The position numbers and the translations under genes are program-made. Below are positions 63,764 through 64,000 of a DNA stretch of 64,000 bases, piece after piece. Numbering within the stretch: the first letter of the stretch is position 1; the number at the start of each line of letters is the position of its first letter. This stretch comes from Candidatus Dormiibacterota bacterium. Its GTDB lineage: Bacteria > Chloroflexota > Dormibacteria > Aeolococcales > Aeolococcaceae. The notes under the pieces are model-generated. The model had not been told where the DNA came from, ran no database searches, and worked only from the letters and a program-made list of their open reading frames with translations. Location: contig OY970355.1 of the NCBI GenBank assembly GCA_963718525.1, forward strand, positions 1,088,001-1,152,000. The letters run 5' to 3'.

Positions 63764-64000
63764 TCAGTCGCGCTGCTCGGGATCGGTCGCGCCGACGAGG
63801 ATGGACATGTTGCCCATCGGGTGCTTGTTCTCGCGCATGAGCTGATGCGCGAGTCCCACCTCCTCGAACCCGAACGTCCGTGACAGGCACGGGTCGACAG
63901 CGCCGCTCGTGACCATGGCGTTGTAGGCGGCGCATTCCGCGTCGTTGGCGAAGTGCGAGCCCTGCAGGCGTTTCTGACGCATCCAGAGGTAGCGCAGGTC
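63764..64000 (-). CDS. ccr: crotonyl-CoA carboxylase/reductase, 3' end (partial)
   Basis: Frame open to the window edge: [19 protein letters not shown]...DPCLSR.F....AHQLM..N.H..GNM.ILVGA. Confidence 0.85.
   Translation of the reverse strand, partial: DLRYLWMRQKRLQGSHFANDAECAAYNAMVTSGAVDPCLSRTFGFEEVGLAHQLMRENKHPMGNMSILVGATDPEQRD

Overview
A 64-kb, high-GC, gene-dense bacterial chromosomal window. Gene content (split gcvPA/gcvPB, type-Ibeta aroF, DUF5679, MshC-like ligase, many apparently leaderless genes) suggests a soil Terrabacteria lineage such as Ca. Dormibacterota, Chloroflexota or Actinomycetota; this is inference only. No CRISPR array, rRNA, integrase or transposase was seen. Core genes include tRNA-Asp(GTC), ppk2, aroF, dinB, pyrE, gcvPA/PB, an EF-G paralogue, a coupled gyrB-plsX-gyrA-DUF885 operon, queG, a methylmalonyl-CoA mutase subunit and a partial ccr. 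The main oddities are: (1) an NHEJ cluster ligD-DUF4232-HNH-ku followed by a full-length ligase paralogue with its catalytic motifs replaced; (2) a peptidase-E/cyanophycinase-like protein fused to a CysRS-type C-terminal domain, in the same window as a CysRS/MshC-like ligase lacking that domain; (3) a membrane-anchored Spo11/TopoVI-A-like protein next to a module of two sensor kinases, a receiver-HTH-class III cyclase with a non-canonical specificity residue, and an unknown-domain cNMP receptor; (4) a truncated, degenerate sigma-70-like protein; (5) a structured leader RNA candidate upstream of an Rpf-like gene; (6) a TCS-linked ApbE/MsrQ/NuoF flavinylation cluster with a Ser/Thr tether ending in SGGS and 11-bp-period operator repeats; (7) two +1 frameshifts in the same 10-mer. 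All family calls come from motif recognition by eye, not database searches.
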